This document shows, piece after piece, positions 1 to 8,877 of a stretch of DNA of 64,000 nucleotides. The stretch covers positions 7,704 through 71,703 of the forward strand of contig JAURKU010000006.1 of the NCBI GenBank assembly GCA_030831605.1, read 5' to 3'. Within the stretch, counting starts at the first letter, position 1. The number at the start of each line of letters is the position of its first letter. Made by a program: the position numbers and the translations under genes. A model generated the notes under the pieces. The model did no database searches, was not told the DNA's origin, and worked only from the letters and a program-made list of their open reading frames with translations. Origin of the DNA: Rhodoluna sp. (GTDB lineage Bacteria > Actinomycetota > Actinomycetes > Actinomycetales > Microbacteriaceae).

Positions 1-2
1 AC

Positions 3-902
3 GAGATTGTTGGATCAGTGGGCACTCCAGAGGATAGAGTCGCCGCAGCGGCATACACCAACGCGAGTAAGACGTTAGTGGTTAGGGTTACTGGTGAACT
101 CAGCGAGCCATTTAGAATCCAAATCAATGGCGATTCGCTAGCCCCGTCAGCACTTCACGTATTCATAGAGGCGAAACCGCACAGTAAATCCACGGTAGTG
201 CTGAACTACCAAGGTCAAGGCGTTCTAGGCGAAAATGTTGAGATATCAGTTTCTGACGAAGCGAGCCTGAATTTAGTAACCGTGCAAAATTGGAGTGCAG
301 ATTCGGTCCATGTTTCAGCGCACTTTGCGAAACTTGGCAGAAACGCCAATCTAAAGCACACGGTGGCAGCGTTCGGTGGCTCTTTATTGCGAGTAACTCC
401 AATCACTACTTTTGCTGCACCCGGCTCAGAGGTTGAAATGAACGGTGTTTACTTCGCGAATTCAAACCAACACATTGAAATGCGCCCTTTCGTGGACCAC
501 GCTTCACCGAACTGCAAATCTAGAGTTACTTACAAAGGCGCCCTGTCAGGGGAGAAGGCTCACACTGTGTGGATCGGCGACGTCTTGATCCGAGTCGCGG
601 CCGAGGGAACTGACACTTACGAACTAAACCGCAACCTGCTTCTCACTGATGGCGCTCGGGCTGACTCTGTTCCAAATCTGGAAATCGAGACGGGTGAAAT
701 CGTTGGGGCTGGACACGCCAGCGCTTCGGGAAGATTTGATGATGAACAGCTGTTTTACCTACAAGCACGTGGAATCGATGAGTTATCGGCAAGACAATTG
801 GTTGTAATGGGCTTTCTGTTAGAACTTCTTCAGAAAACCGACTTGCCGGATATTGTTGAGAGCCTTTCAGAAGTGTTGCAAGCAAAGTTAGGGCAAAAAT
901 AA
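3..902 (+). CDS. sufD: Fe-S cluster assembly protein SufD (5' end outside window)
   Basis: SufB/D beta-helix C-terminal motifs (ADSVPNLEIE, GHASASG, LFYLQARGI). The frame stays open to the window edge, and ferredoxin and sufC follow. Confidence 0.92.
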   Translation, partial: EIVGSVGTPEDRVAAAAYTNASKTLVVRVTGELSEPFRIQINGDSLAPSALHVFIEAKPHSKSTVVLNYQGQGVLGENVEISVSDEASLNLVTVQNWSADSVHVSAHFAKLGRNANLKHTVAAFGGSLLRVTPITTFAAPGSEVEMNGVYFANSNQHIEMRPFVDHASPNCKSRVTYKGALSGEKAHTVWIGDVLIRVAAEGTDTYELNRNLLLTDGARADSVPNLEIETGEIVGAGHASASGRFDDEQLFYLQARGIDELSARQLVVMGFLLELLQKTDLPDIVESLSEVLQAKLGQK

Positions 903-903
903 C

Positions 904-1215
904 ATGGCAATTCGTATTTGCAATATCGAAGACATAAAACTCGGGCGTGCAATTCGGGTGAAAATCGGTGAACACGCTTTCGCAATCGTGCATACTCCAG
1001 ACGGAAAGTTCCACGCTCTCGATGACAAGTGCTCGCACGGTGAAGTATCTCTTAGCGAAGGATTTGTTGACAATGAAACCATCGAATGCTGGGCTCATGG
1101 GGCAAAGTTCTCACTTACAACCGGAAGCCCACTTTCGTTACCCGCTTACGAACCAGTATCGGTTTATGAGGTATTCGTTGAAAATGGCGAAGTATTCCTC
1201 GAATACGAAGCTTAA
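904..1215 (+). CDS. Rieske-type [2Fe-2S] ferredoxin in suf operon
   Basis: CSH...CWAH Rieske ligand motifs, 103 aa, between sufD and sufC. Confidence 0.92.
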   Translation: MAIRICNIEDIKLGRAIRVKIGEHAFAIVHTPDGKFHALDDKCSHGEVSLSEGFVDNETIECWAHGAKFSLTTGSPLSLPAYEPVSVYEVFVENGEVFLEYEA

Positions 1216-1244
1216 GAGTTTAGAAAATAGATTGGAATAGACCT

Positions 1245-2000
1245 GTGGCAAAACTAGAAATTATCAACCTTGGCGTGAGCGTCGAGACAGATCAAGGTAC
1301 TAAGCAGATCCTGCGTGGAGTGGACCTGACTATTAACTCCGGTGAGATACACGCAATCATGGGGCCTAACGGTTCTGGTAAATCAACTCTTGCCTACTCG
1401 ATTGCCGGTCACCCTAAGTACTCAATTACCCAAGGCCAGATTCTGCTTGATGGTGAAGATGTGCTCGAAATGAGCGTCGATGAGAGAGCCAAAGCTGGCC
1501 TTTTTCTAGCCATGCAATACCCGGTGGAGATCCCTGGTGTTTCTGTCTCAAACTTCCTGAGGACCGCTAAAACTGCAATCGATGGCGAAGCACCAGCGCT
1601 TAGGACTTGGATCAAGGATGTCAAAGACGCCATGGAGAGCCTTCGTATGGATCCTGCTTTCTCTGAGCGAAATGTCAATGAGGGCTTTTCCGGAGGAGAG
1701 AAAAAACGCCATGAGATTCTGCAAATGGAATTGCTCAAGCCGAAATTCGCTGTCTTGGATGAAACTGACTCAGGTCTAGATGTTGACGCACTTAGAGTTG
1801 TCTCCGAAGGAGTTAATAGAATTCACCAGGACAACAACATGGGTGTGCTTTTGATTACCCACTACACCCGAATTCTTAACTACATCAAACCTGATTTTGT
1901 CCACGTTTTTGTCGATGGCAAAATTGCCGAAGAGGGCGGGCCTGAACTGGCTGCAAAACTTGAAGCTGAAGGTTACGACAAGTATCAGAAGGCCCACTAA
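1245..2000 (+). CDS. sufC: Fe-S cluster assembly ATPase SufC
   Basis: GPNGSGKST, FLAMQYPVEIPGV, NEGFSGGEKKR, DETDSGLDVDAL. Confidence 0.97.
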   Translation: MAKLEIINLGVSVETDQGTKQILRGVDLTINSGEIHAIMGPNGSGKSTLAYSIAGHPKYSITQGQILLDGEDVLEMSVDERAKAGLFLAMQYPVEIPGVSVSNFLRTAKTAIDGEAPALRTWIKDVKDAMESLRMDPAFSERNVNEGFSGGEKKRHEILQMELLKPKFAVLDETDSGLDVDALRVVSEGVNRIHQDNNMGVLLITHYTRILNYIKPDFVHVFVDGKIAEEGGPELAAKLEAEGYDKYQKAH

Positions 2001-2330
2001 TTGTCTGAACTAGATCTACCGGCTGAACAATACGATCGTTGTTTGGAAGCCTTGAAAGAAGTAATCGACCCCGAAATAGGCGTAAACATTGTTGATCTTG
2101 GTCTGATTTATGATCTGAAGCAAGCCGAAGATGGCAGCTTGCTGATTCACATGACACTTACCTCCGCCGGTTGTCCACTTACGGATGTTATCGAAGAGCA
2201 GACCGGCATGGCGCTAGACGGTGTAGTTGAAGCATTCAGAATAAATTGGGTTTGGATGCCACCATGGGGTCCAGAGAGAATCACTGAGGACGGTAAAGAT
2301 CAAATGCGAGCAATCGGTTTTACGATTTAG
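2001..2330 (+). CDS. sufT: SufT/DUF59 metal-sulfur cluster assembly factor
   Basis: DPE-x26-T-x3-CP signature (VIDPEIGVNIVDLGLIY...MTLTSAGCP); TTG start abutting the sufC stop. Confidence 0.9.
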   Translation: MSELDLPAEQYDRCLEALKEVIDPEIGVNIVDLGLIYDLKQAEDGSLLIHMTLTSAGCPLTDVIEEQTGMALDGVVEAFRINWVWMPPWGPERITEDGKDQMRAIGFTI

Positions 2331-2914
2331 CTCTTTTTGATTTTTTTAACCACTGCCCAAGCACTTGGCAAGAAAGCACCTGCAATCACAGCCTTCAAGG
2401 CGTCCCAGAGTAGATATGGAAGCATGAACGTAGCCGCAACTTGTAAATCGGCATTGAAGGCGACCATTGCAAGCACTGGAATACCAACGAAATAAATCAA
2501 AATTGACCCAAAACTAAAGTTCAGGAACATTTTCCAGGGGCTAGTTGACCAACCCTTTTGAGCTAGGTAGCCGGTTAACATCGCAGCAAAAATAAACCCA
2601 AGGATGAACCCACCTGTCGCGCCGACGAGAACTTCTGGGCCGCTGGAATAGCCCGCGAATACTGGGATACCAACTAATCCGGCCAAAGCATAAGTGGCCA
2701 TGGTGATGCCTGCTCTTGCGGCACCGTAACTGGCACCGATTAGCAGTACTGCCAAAGTTTGGAAGGTGAATGGAACTGGGCTAACTGGTATTTGTATCTG
2801 AGCGGCCAGTGCGGTTAAAGCAACACCAAATGCAACGAGAGTGATATCCGAATAAATAGTCCTACTGATGAAACTATCCACGATGGTAGGTCTTGCAGTT
2901 GTGATCGAGCTCAA
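2327..2914 (-). CDS. bioY: Biotin transporter BioY
   Basis: PVPFTFQTLAV, GIPVFAG and TGGFILGF BioY motifs; hydrophobic; AAAGG SD before a TTG start. Confidence 0.9.
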   Translation of the reverse strand: MSSITTARPTIVDSFISRTIYSDITLVAFGVALTALAAQIQIPVSPVPFTFQTLAVLLIGASYGAARAGITMATYALAGLVGIPVFAGYSSGPEVLVGATGGFILGFIFAAMLTGYLAQKGWSTSPWKMFLNFSFGSILIYFVGIPVLAMVAFNADLQVAATFMLPYLLWDALKAVIAGAFLPSAWAVVKKIKKS

Positions 2915-3005
2915 GTTAGTGCCTTTCCCAAAAAATTGTGTTTGGTTAATTGTAGGGTTAAAACCAGTTCAATCCCGCCCATAGTTAGTTCAGTCTTGGA
3001 GTCAA

Positions 3006-4604
3006 ATGATTACCGCACGTGAACTGGAGATAACTATCGGAGCGAGGGTATTGATGTCTGGGGTTAATTTTCAAGTGGCAAAAGGCGACAAGGTCGGCTT
3101 AGTCGGGCGCAATGGAGCTGGCAAGACAACTCTGACTAGGGTCATCGCAGGGGATTTTCAGCAATCTGCAGGGACAATAGAAACTTTTGGTGAGATTGGT
3201 TATTTACCGCAGGATCCTCGTTCTGGCGATCCAAACGAAAGCGCAAAAGACCGAATCCTGAATGCTCGCGGGCTTGGCACAATACTGAAGAAGCTCGAAG
3301 CAGCAAGGCAGGACATGGGTTCGGTGGATGAGCAAGTCTACGAAGCCGCTATGGGGCGATATGCCAAACTTGAGGCTCAATTTGAAGCTAATGGGGGATA
3401 CGCTGCAGAAGCAGAGGCATCTGCAATAGCTGGTCACTTGGGACTAAAACCTAATGTCCTAAGTCAAAACTTGGGCACTCTCTCCGGTGGGCAACGAAGA
3501 CGCATTGAGTTAGCCCGCATCCTTTTTTCTAATGCTCAAACAATGATTTTGGATGAACCGACCAATCACCTTGACGCCGACAGCGTGCTTTGGTTGAGAG
3601 ACTTTCTCAAAAATTATGCTGGCGCGCTCATCGTCATTAGTCACGACTTGGACATAGTCGAGGAAACAGTTAATAGAGTGTTCTACCTTGACGCCAATCG
3701 AGCAGTGATAGACATCTACAACATGGGTTGGAAGGCATATCTGAAACAGCGTGAAACTGATGAGGAAAGACGAAAGCGCGAAAGATCAACCGCGGAACGA
3801 AAAGCTGCCATGCTACAACTTCAGGCAACTAGATTTGGCGCAAAAGCTAGCAAGGCAGCAGCTGCTCACCAAATGGCTAGGCGGGCCGAACGCTTATTGG
3901 ATTCTTTGGACTCAGTTCGAGAACAAGACAAGGTTGCCAACATAAGATTTCCAGATCCAACACCTTGCGGAAAGACACCTCTATTTGCTCACAACTTGAG
4001 TAAGAACTACGGTTCCCTTGAAGTTTTCACAGCTGTTGATTTGGCTATCGATAGGGGCTCGAAAGTAGTGATCATTGGTTTAAACGGTGCGGGTAAGACC
4101 ACACTGCTTAGAATTCTTGCTGGTGTCGAAGATGCGGATACGGGCCAAGTAGATCCAGGTCATGGTCTAAAAATCGGTTACTACGCCCAGGAGCATGAGA
4201 CTCTAGACATTTCCAAGTCTGTCCTTGAAAACATGCAGGCGTCTGCTCCCGAATTAGCTGAAATCGACGCCAGAAAGGTGCTCGGTTCCTTTTTGTTCAG
4301 CGGAGATGATGTAAATAAGCCGGCAGGTGTTCTCTCCGGTGGAGAAAAGACTAGGTTAGCTCTGGCTTCTCTGGTGGTATCCAGAGCAAATGTTCTTCTG
4401 CTTGATGAACCAACCAATAACCTTGACCCGGCCAGCCGCGAAGAGATTCTAAAAGCGCTGGCAACCTTCACAGGTGCAATTGTGCTTGTCTCGCATGATG
4501 TCGGGGCAGTTGATGCCCTGAATCCAGAGCGTGTCCTAGTAATGCCGGATGGGCAAGAAGATCTTTGGAATGAAAGTTATCGAGACTTGATTGTTTTGTC
4601 CTAA
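3006..4604 (+). CDS. ABC-F family ribosome-associated ATPase
   Basis: Two ABC domains (GRNGAGKT/LSGGQ/LDEPTNHLD; GLNGAGKT/LSGGE/LDEPTNNLD), helical linker, no TM segments. Confidence 0.93.
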   Translation: MITARELEITIGARVLMSGVNFQVAKGDKVGLVGRNGAGKTTLTRVIAGDFQQSAGTIETFGEIGYLPQDPRSGDPNESAKDRILNARGLGTILKKLEAARQDMGSVDEQVYEAAMGRYAKLEAQFEANGGYAAEAEASAIAGHLGLKPNVLSQNLGTLSGGQRRRIELARILFSNAQTMILDEPTNHLDADSVLWLRDFLKNYAGALIVISHDLDIVEETVNRVFYLDANRAVIDIYNMGWKAYLKQRETDEERRKRERSTAERKAAMLQLQATRFGAKASKAAAAHQMARRAERLLDSLDSVREQDKVANIRFPDPTPCGKTPLFAHNLSKNYGSLEVFTAVDLAIDRGSKVVIIGLNGAGKTTLLRILAGVEDADTGQVDPGHGLKIGYYAQEHETLDISKSVLENMQASAPELAEIDARKVLGSFLFSGDDVNKPAGVLSGGEKTRLALASLVVSRANVLLLDEPTNNLDPASREEILKALATFTGAIVLVSHDVGAVDALNPERVLVMPDGQEDLWNESYRDLIVLS

Positions 4605-4620
4605 ATAGTGCTGCGATTGC

Positions 4621-4653
4621 CTTATAGGCTGAAACCTAGCGTTTTCGAAAGGA
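4621..4653 (+). promoter_or_regulatory. Putative -10 (TAGGCT) and SD (AAAGGA) of the rhodopsin gene
   Basis: TAGGCT at 4625-4630 matches the actinobacterial TANNNT -10; GAAAGGA lies 7 nt before ATG 4661. Confidence 0.5.
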
Positions 4654-4660
4654 TAACCTG

Positions 4661-5374
4661 ATGAATTTACTAATGATTACCCAAGCAATGTTCATGCTCG
4701 GTTTCGTATCTATGGCAGCTGCAACTTTTTACTTCGTTTTACAACGGGGCGAATACAAGCCGGAGAACCGGGCTACCGTCACCTACGCAGCGACAATCAC
4801 TTTCATAGCCGCCATCATGTATTGGCAGATGAAGGACATTGTTGGCTTTGGTGTTATGCAGCCTGCCCTTGCTCAAATTGATGCAACCATGCCAGTTAGA
4901 TATCTTGACTGGGTCCTAACAACTCCGCTACTTCTTCTTGAATTTGGCATTATCGCCGCAATTGCTGGAGCACCAAAGGATCTAACCTACCGATTGATTG
5001 TTGCCGACCTGGTGATGATTATTACCGGTTACTTAGGAGAGATCGGCCCAGTTGGATCTGCGGCAAACTACGTGAATTTCATCATCTCTTCTCTAGCGTG
5101 GCTCTACATCGTCTACCTAATCTGGAAGATAGTACCGGGCAAGGCAAGCGCTGAAGTTAAGAAGGCGATTACAAATATGAAACGCTTTGTCATCTTCGGT
5201 TGGGCCATCTATCCAATCGGGACAGCGGTTCAAGAGGTCTTGCAATTAAACCAAACAGATGCGGCCAGCCTAGAGTTGGCGATTTGCTCAGCCGCAATAA
5301 TCTATGTGGTTGCCGACGTAGTCAACAAGGTTGGTTTTGGTCTAGTGGCATTGACCGCACTAAAAAAGAATTAG
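4661..5374 (+). CDS. Type-1 microbial rhodopsin, DTE motif, resembling Exiguobacterium rhodopsin; probable outward proton pump
   Basis: Seven hydrophobic segments. Helix C RYLDWVLTTPLLLLE (D83/T87/E94), helix F GWAIYP, helix G ADVVNKVGFG with Schiff-base K223 and D219. Confidence 0.93.
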   Translation: MNLLMITQAMFMLGFVSMAAATFYFVLQRGEYKPENRATVTYAATITFIAAIMYWQMKDIVGFGVMQPALAQIDATMPVRYLDWVLTTPLLLLEFGIIAAIAGAPKDLTYRLIVADLVMIITGYLGEIGPVGSAANYVNFIISSLAWLYIVYLIWKIVPGKASAEVKKAITNMKRFVIFGWAIYPIGTAVQEVLQLNQTDAASLELAICSAAIIYVVADVVNKVGFGLVALTALKKN

Positions 5375-5380
5375 CTAACA

Positions 5381-5422
5381 AAAAAATAGCCTGACTGTGA
5401 ATTTTGCAGTCAGGCTATTTTT
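5381..5422. terminator. Bidirectional intrinsic terminator between rhodopsin and SURF1
   Basis: 16-bp perfect inverted repeat AAAAATAGCCTGACTG / CAGTCAGGCTATTTTT with A and T tails; the right arm overlaps the SURF1 stop codon. Confidence 0.85.
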
Positions 5423-6215
5423 CAAGAATCTGATCTTCGACTTCTGCATCTTTGTCGCGATTTAGCGATGCTAATTTACGTGGCATTTGGCCGCGAAGTC
5501 TTCGTCGATCTTGAGAAATATTCCAAAAAACAGCACCGAAGGCCATTAGGCCGAAAATAATCCACTGAAAGGCATAGCTTAAGTGGTTGCCTTCAGATAA
5601 CTGTGGCTTACCTATATCAACGCCACGGCCCATCTCAGGTTGCTCGGAAACAAGGCGACCGTAGGCTTGTTGATAAATCTGGGTCGCTGGCAAGCTGGCA
5701 CTGGCTCGCGGAATATCTATATTTGGCAATTGGCCCACCGGGGCATCTCTGCGATCTTTTACCTCTGATGGCCGCAAACGAATTATCACTTGCCGCTGAA
5801 GCTGATCGACTTCGGGAATTGCATCAGGTGCGTCTTGGTTTAACCCAGTTGGCAACCAGCCTCGCTCAATCCAGATAGTCTCTGAACTTGTCATCTCAAA
5901 AGCAACTAGTTGCAGGAACCCAGGCTGACCGTCATAGGGGCGATTTCTAACCAGTAGCGAGGAATCCGCTAGATATTTTCCAGTAAGTTCAACAGGCCGG
6001 AATTCAAGATTGCTGTCCCATTCATCGTTTAGTTGCAAAAGCTGACTAATTGGAACGGGAGCGAGATCAAAATTCTTATTGATAATTTGGTTAGCCGTTA
6101 CAACTTCTTGCTGTCTAGCAAACTGCCACTGCGACAAAAACCAACAGGCAATTGAAAAAACTACAGCTGTGAGAAGCCAAGAAGTCCACCTGGCCAGGTG
6201 CGCTTTTCTAGTCAT
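5415..6215 (-). CDS. SURF1 family cytochrome oxidase biogenesis protein
   Basis: LSQWQFAR, IERGWLP and NHLSYAFQW motifs with two terminal TM helices. Likely start is ATG 6215, overlapping the upstream gene's stop. Confidence 0.88.
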   Translation of the reverse strand: MTRKAHLARWTSWLLTAVVFSIACWFLSQWQFARQQEVVTANQIINKNFDLAPVPISQLLQLNDEWDSNLEFRPVELTGKYLADSSLLVRNRPYDGQPGFLQLVAFEMTSSETIWIERGWLPTGLNQDAPDAIPEVDQLQRQVIIRLRPSEVKDRRDAPVGQLPNIDIPRASASLPATQIYQQAYGRLVSEQPEMGRGVDIGKPQLSEGNHLSYAFQWIIFGLMAFGAVFWNISQDRRRLRGQMPRKLASLNRDKDAEVEDQILEK

Positions 6216-6510
6216 TCTCAGTATCGCTCTTTCTGAAAGCGTCTGCTCCGATCGAAAGGGTCGGGGCCTCAACTTTGGAAGCCTTCTTCGATGATCGAGC
6301 GCTGCCCTCGTTGGCGATTATCACAGCAAAATATGGAAGGAATATCGCACCAATTGCAAAAAGCACACTCAACCAGCCAAGTGGGACTGCCACAGCTAAC
6401 AATATGCAAATTACACGGATAACCATAGCGATTGTGTATTTTAGGAATCTAGCGCGACGGTCCTGATCTGGGGCTAGTTCGACCGATGTGACAGATTGTC
6501 GTTTGGTCAA
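6208..6510 (-). CDS. DUF3099-like small membrane protein
   Basis: RFLKYTIAMVIR...LPYFAVIIAN pattern, GGAGG SD, usual position between SURF1 and fabG. Confidence 0.8.
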   Translation of the reverse strand: MTKRQSVTSVELAPDQDRRARFLKYTIAMVIRVICILLAVAVPLGWLSVLFAIGAIFLPYFAVIIANEGSARSSKKASKVEAPTLSIGADAFRKSDTEND

Positions 6511-6529
6511 CTTGCCCTCCTAGATAACT

Positions 6530-6569
6530 CCTGACTACAAGCCTAGATATAGACTTGTAGCAAATCAGG
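6530..6569. promoter_or_regulatory. Palindromic divergent promoter region (DUF3099 / fabG)
   Basis: CTACAAGCCTA-gata-TAGACTTGTAG is a 10/11 inverted repeat. Each arm carries a TAGRCT -10-like hexamer pointing outward. Confidence 0.5.
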
Positions 6570-6601
6570 CCATATTGTCCAATTCACCTAAAGGCGTAAA
6601 A

Positions 6602-7306
6602 ATGTCTCGAGTAGTTCTGGTAACCGGTGGTAACCGCGGAATCGGTAAATCAATTGCAGAAACTTTCATCGCAGCCGGCTATAAGGTAGCCGTCACAGTC
6701 AGATCCGGTGATGGACCTGCCGGTGCACTCGCCGTTAAAGCAGATGTCAGGGATGCAGCAGCTTTGGATGCGGCTTTCGCAGAAATCGAAGAAAAGTTGG
6801 GTCCAGTTGAGATTTTGGTAGCAAACGCTGGAATCACCAAGGATACTTTGCTGATGCGAATGACTGATGAAGAATTTGAGGAAGTAATCGACACAAACCT
6901 TTCGGGTAGTTTCCGAGTGCTTCGCCGCGCAACAAAGTCGATGATTAAGGGAAAATTCGGTCGAGTTATCCTCGTTGGATCAGTGGTAGCCCTATTGGGT
7001 AGCCCCGGCCAGGTGAACTACTCTTCGTCAAAAAGTGGCCTAATCGGAATGGCTCGTTCGCTGACTAGGGAGCTTGCTGGCAGGGGAATCACAGCGAATG
7101 TTGTCGCACCTGGATTTATTGACACTGACATGACTGCGGAACTGGGAGAGGAGCTGACAGCCGAATACAAAAAGCGTATTCCAGCTGGACGTTTTGCCAG
7201 CCCTGAGGAAGTTGCCAAGGTTATTCTCTGGCTAGCCAGTGATGATGCGGCTTATATCAGCGGGGCAGTGATTCCGGTTGACGGTGGATTGGGCATGGGC
7301 CATTAG
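6602..7306 (+). CDS. fabG: 3-oxoacyl-ACP reductase
   Basis: TGGNRGIG, NAGIT, YSSSK, VIPVDGG; AAAGG SD supports ATG 6602; upstream of fabI. Confidence 0.93.
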   Translation: MSRVVLVTGGNRGIGKSIAETFIAAGYKVAVTVRSGDGPAGALAVKADVRDAAALDAAFAEIEEKLGPVEILVANAGITKDTLLMRMTDEEFEEVIDTNLSGSFRVLRRATKSMIKGKFGRVILVGSVVALLGSPGQVNYSSSKSGLIGMARSLTRELAGRGITANVVAPGFIDTDMTAELGEELTAEYKKRIPAGRFASPEEVAKVILWLASDDAAYISGAVIPVDGGLGMGH

Positions 7307-7374
7307 GCCCGAATATCTAATAAAACTGGCAGAATTGCCTAGGGGACATAACTGAAGGACTTAATTTAAGGAAG

Positions 7375-8145
7375 ATGATGGGAATCCTCGAAGGCAAGAA
7401 AATCTTGATCACTGGAGTGCTTACCGAAGCCTCGATAGCATTTTCGGTAGCCAAATTGGCCCAGGAGCAAGGAGCGGAGATTGTGCTTTCTTCCTATGGA
7501 AGAATGTTGCCAATCACCGAGAAGATCGCACTGCGCTTACCAAAACCTGCTCCAGTTATTGAACTAGATGCCACTAGCGATGCTGATCTAGCTGCGTTAC
7601 CAGAAAGAGTTGGCCAATATCTTCCTCATCTTGATGGAATCGTTCACGCTATCGCATTTGCACCAGGCACAGCGTTAGGTGGTAATTTCCTGAGCACCGA
7701 ATGGCCTGATGTCTCGACAGCGGTTCAAGTTTCCGCTTACTCATTGAAATCAATAACCATGGCTGCGAAACCACTATTGCGTAATGGCTCGTCGATCGCC
7801 GGATTGACTTTTGACGCTAGCGTCTCATGGCCGGTTTACGACTGGATGGGTGTTGCCAAAGCGGCCTTTGAATCGACTTCTAGATATCTAGCTAGATACC
7901 TCGGTAAAGAGGGGATCAGAGTCAATCTCATTTCCGCAGGTCCACTTAGAACTCCAGCCGGTAAGAGCATTCCTGGTTTTGCCGACATGGAGGACATCTG
8001 GGTTACTCGTGCACCATTGCACTGGGAGTTGGCCGACACAGAACCAGCAGCCAAGGGAATCGTTGCGTTGCTAAGTGATTGGTTCCCAGCAACTACCGGC
8101 GAAATAATTCACGTTGATGGTGGACTGCACTCTACAGGTCACTAA
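7375..8145 (+). CDS. fabI: Enoyl-ACP reductase (InhA/FabI)
   Basis: SIAF, YDWMGVAK, ISAGPLRT and TTGEIIHVDGG motifs. Confidence 0.95.
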   Translation: MMGILEGKKILITGVLTEASIAFSVAKLAQEQGAEIVLSSYGRMLPITEKIALRLPKPAPVIELDATSDADLAALPERVGQYLPHLDGIVHAIAFAPGTALGGNFLSTEWPDVSTAVQVSAYSLKSITMAAKPLLRNGSSIAGLTFDASVSWPVYDWMGVAKAAFESTSRYLARYLGKEGIRVNLISAGPLRTPAGKSIPGFADMEDIWVTRAPLHWELADTEPAAKGIVALLSDWFPATTGEIIHVDGGLHSTGH

Positions 8146-8789
8146 AGTCCAATAAGTGCCAATACATCGCTCAGATCTCCTGAGTCAACCAAAATATCGG
8201 CGGCAACTCTAACTCTTGGCTTGGCACTAAATCCGATACTGAGTCCAGCAACTTGCATCATATCCAGATCGTTTGCGCCATCGCCGATGGCAATTGTTTT
8301 TGCATGGTCTAAACCTAAATCGTAAGCCCACTCTCTAAGCGCTACCGCCTTTGCGGGTTTATCAATAATCGGAGGTAACACATCGCCGGTCAATTTACCA
8401 TTGACAATTTCCAGAGTGTTGGCCCGATAGTAATCAAGGCCGATTTTCTTAGCCAGTGGTTCAAGAATCTGAATGAAGCCCCCGCTAACCGCAGCAACTT
8501 TCCCGTCTGATGCGTGAATTTTCTCAATAAGCAACTCAGCGCCTTTGGTTAGTTTGATCTTCTCCAGTGCTAAGCCGATTATTTCTTCATCTAGCCCAGC
8601 TAAGCTCGCCACTCGAGCTCTTAGGCTCCCGGCAAAATCTAGCTCACCGCGCATAGCTCTTTCTGTGACGGAAGCCACTTCGTCAGCTTTTCCGGCGAAT
8701 TCAGCCAGTAGTTCAATAACTTCCTGCTCGATTAGAGTCGAGTCAACATCAACTACGACAAGCATGCTGGCTTGGCTGGAAGCGGTCAT
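8142..8789 (-). CDS. serB: Phosphoserine phosphatase
   Basis: DVDSTL, TERAMRGELDF, VSGGF, GDGANDL. Confidence 0.93.
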   Translation of the reverse strand: MTASSQASMLVVVDVDSTLIEQEVIELLAEFAGKADEVASVTERAMRGELDFAGSLRARVASLAGLDEEIIGLALEKIKLTKGAELLIEKIHASDGKVAAVSGGFIQILEPLAKKIGLDYYRANTLEIVNGKLTGDVLPPIIDKPAKAVALREWAYDLGLDHAKTIAIGDGANDLDMMQVAGLSIGFSAKPRVRVAADILVDSGDLSDVLALIGL

Positions 8790-8877
8790 AGAGAAACTAT
8801 ATTCGCTCTGGGCAAAAGAACTGGCATTTAGAGTGTCTAATTCGATTCAACCATTTTTCGCCTAGGCTAAATCCATC

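Noticed and set aside
4661-5374. Heliorhodopsin, xenorhodopsin, Na+/Cl- pump or canonical actinorhodopsin
   Set aside because: The DTE motif with D219-x3-K223 excludes heliorhodopsin, xenorhodopsin (Pro at that site) and NDQ/NTQ pumps. The missing His and Phe at the fenestration position argue against actinorhodopsin.
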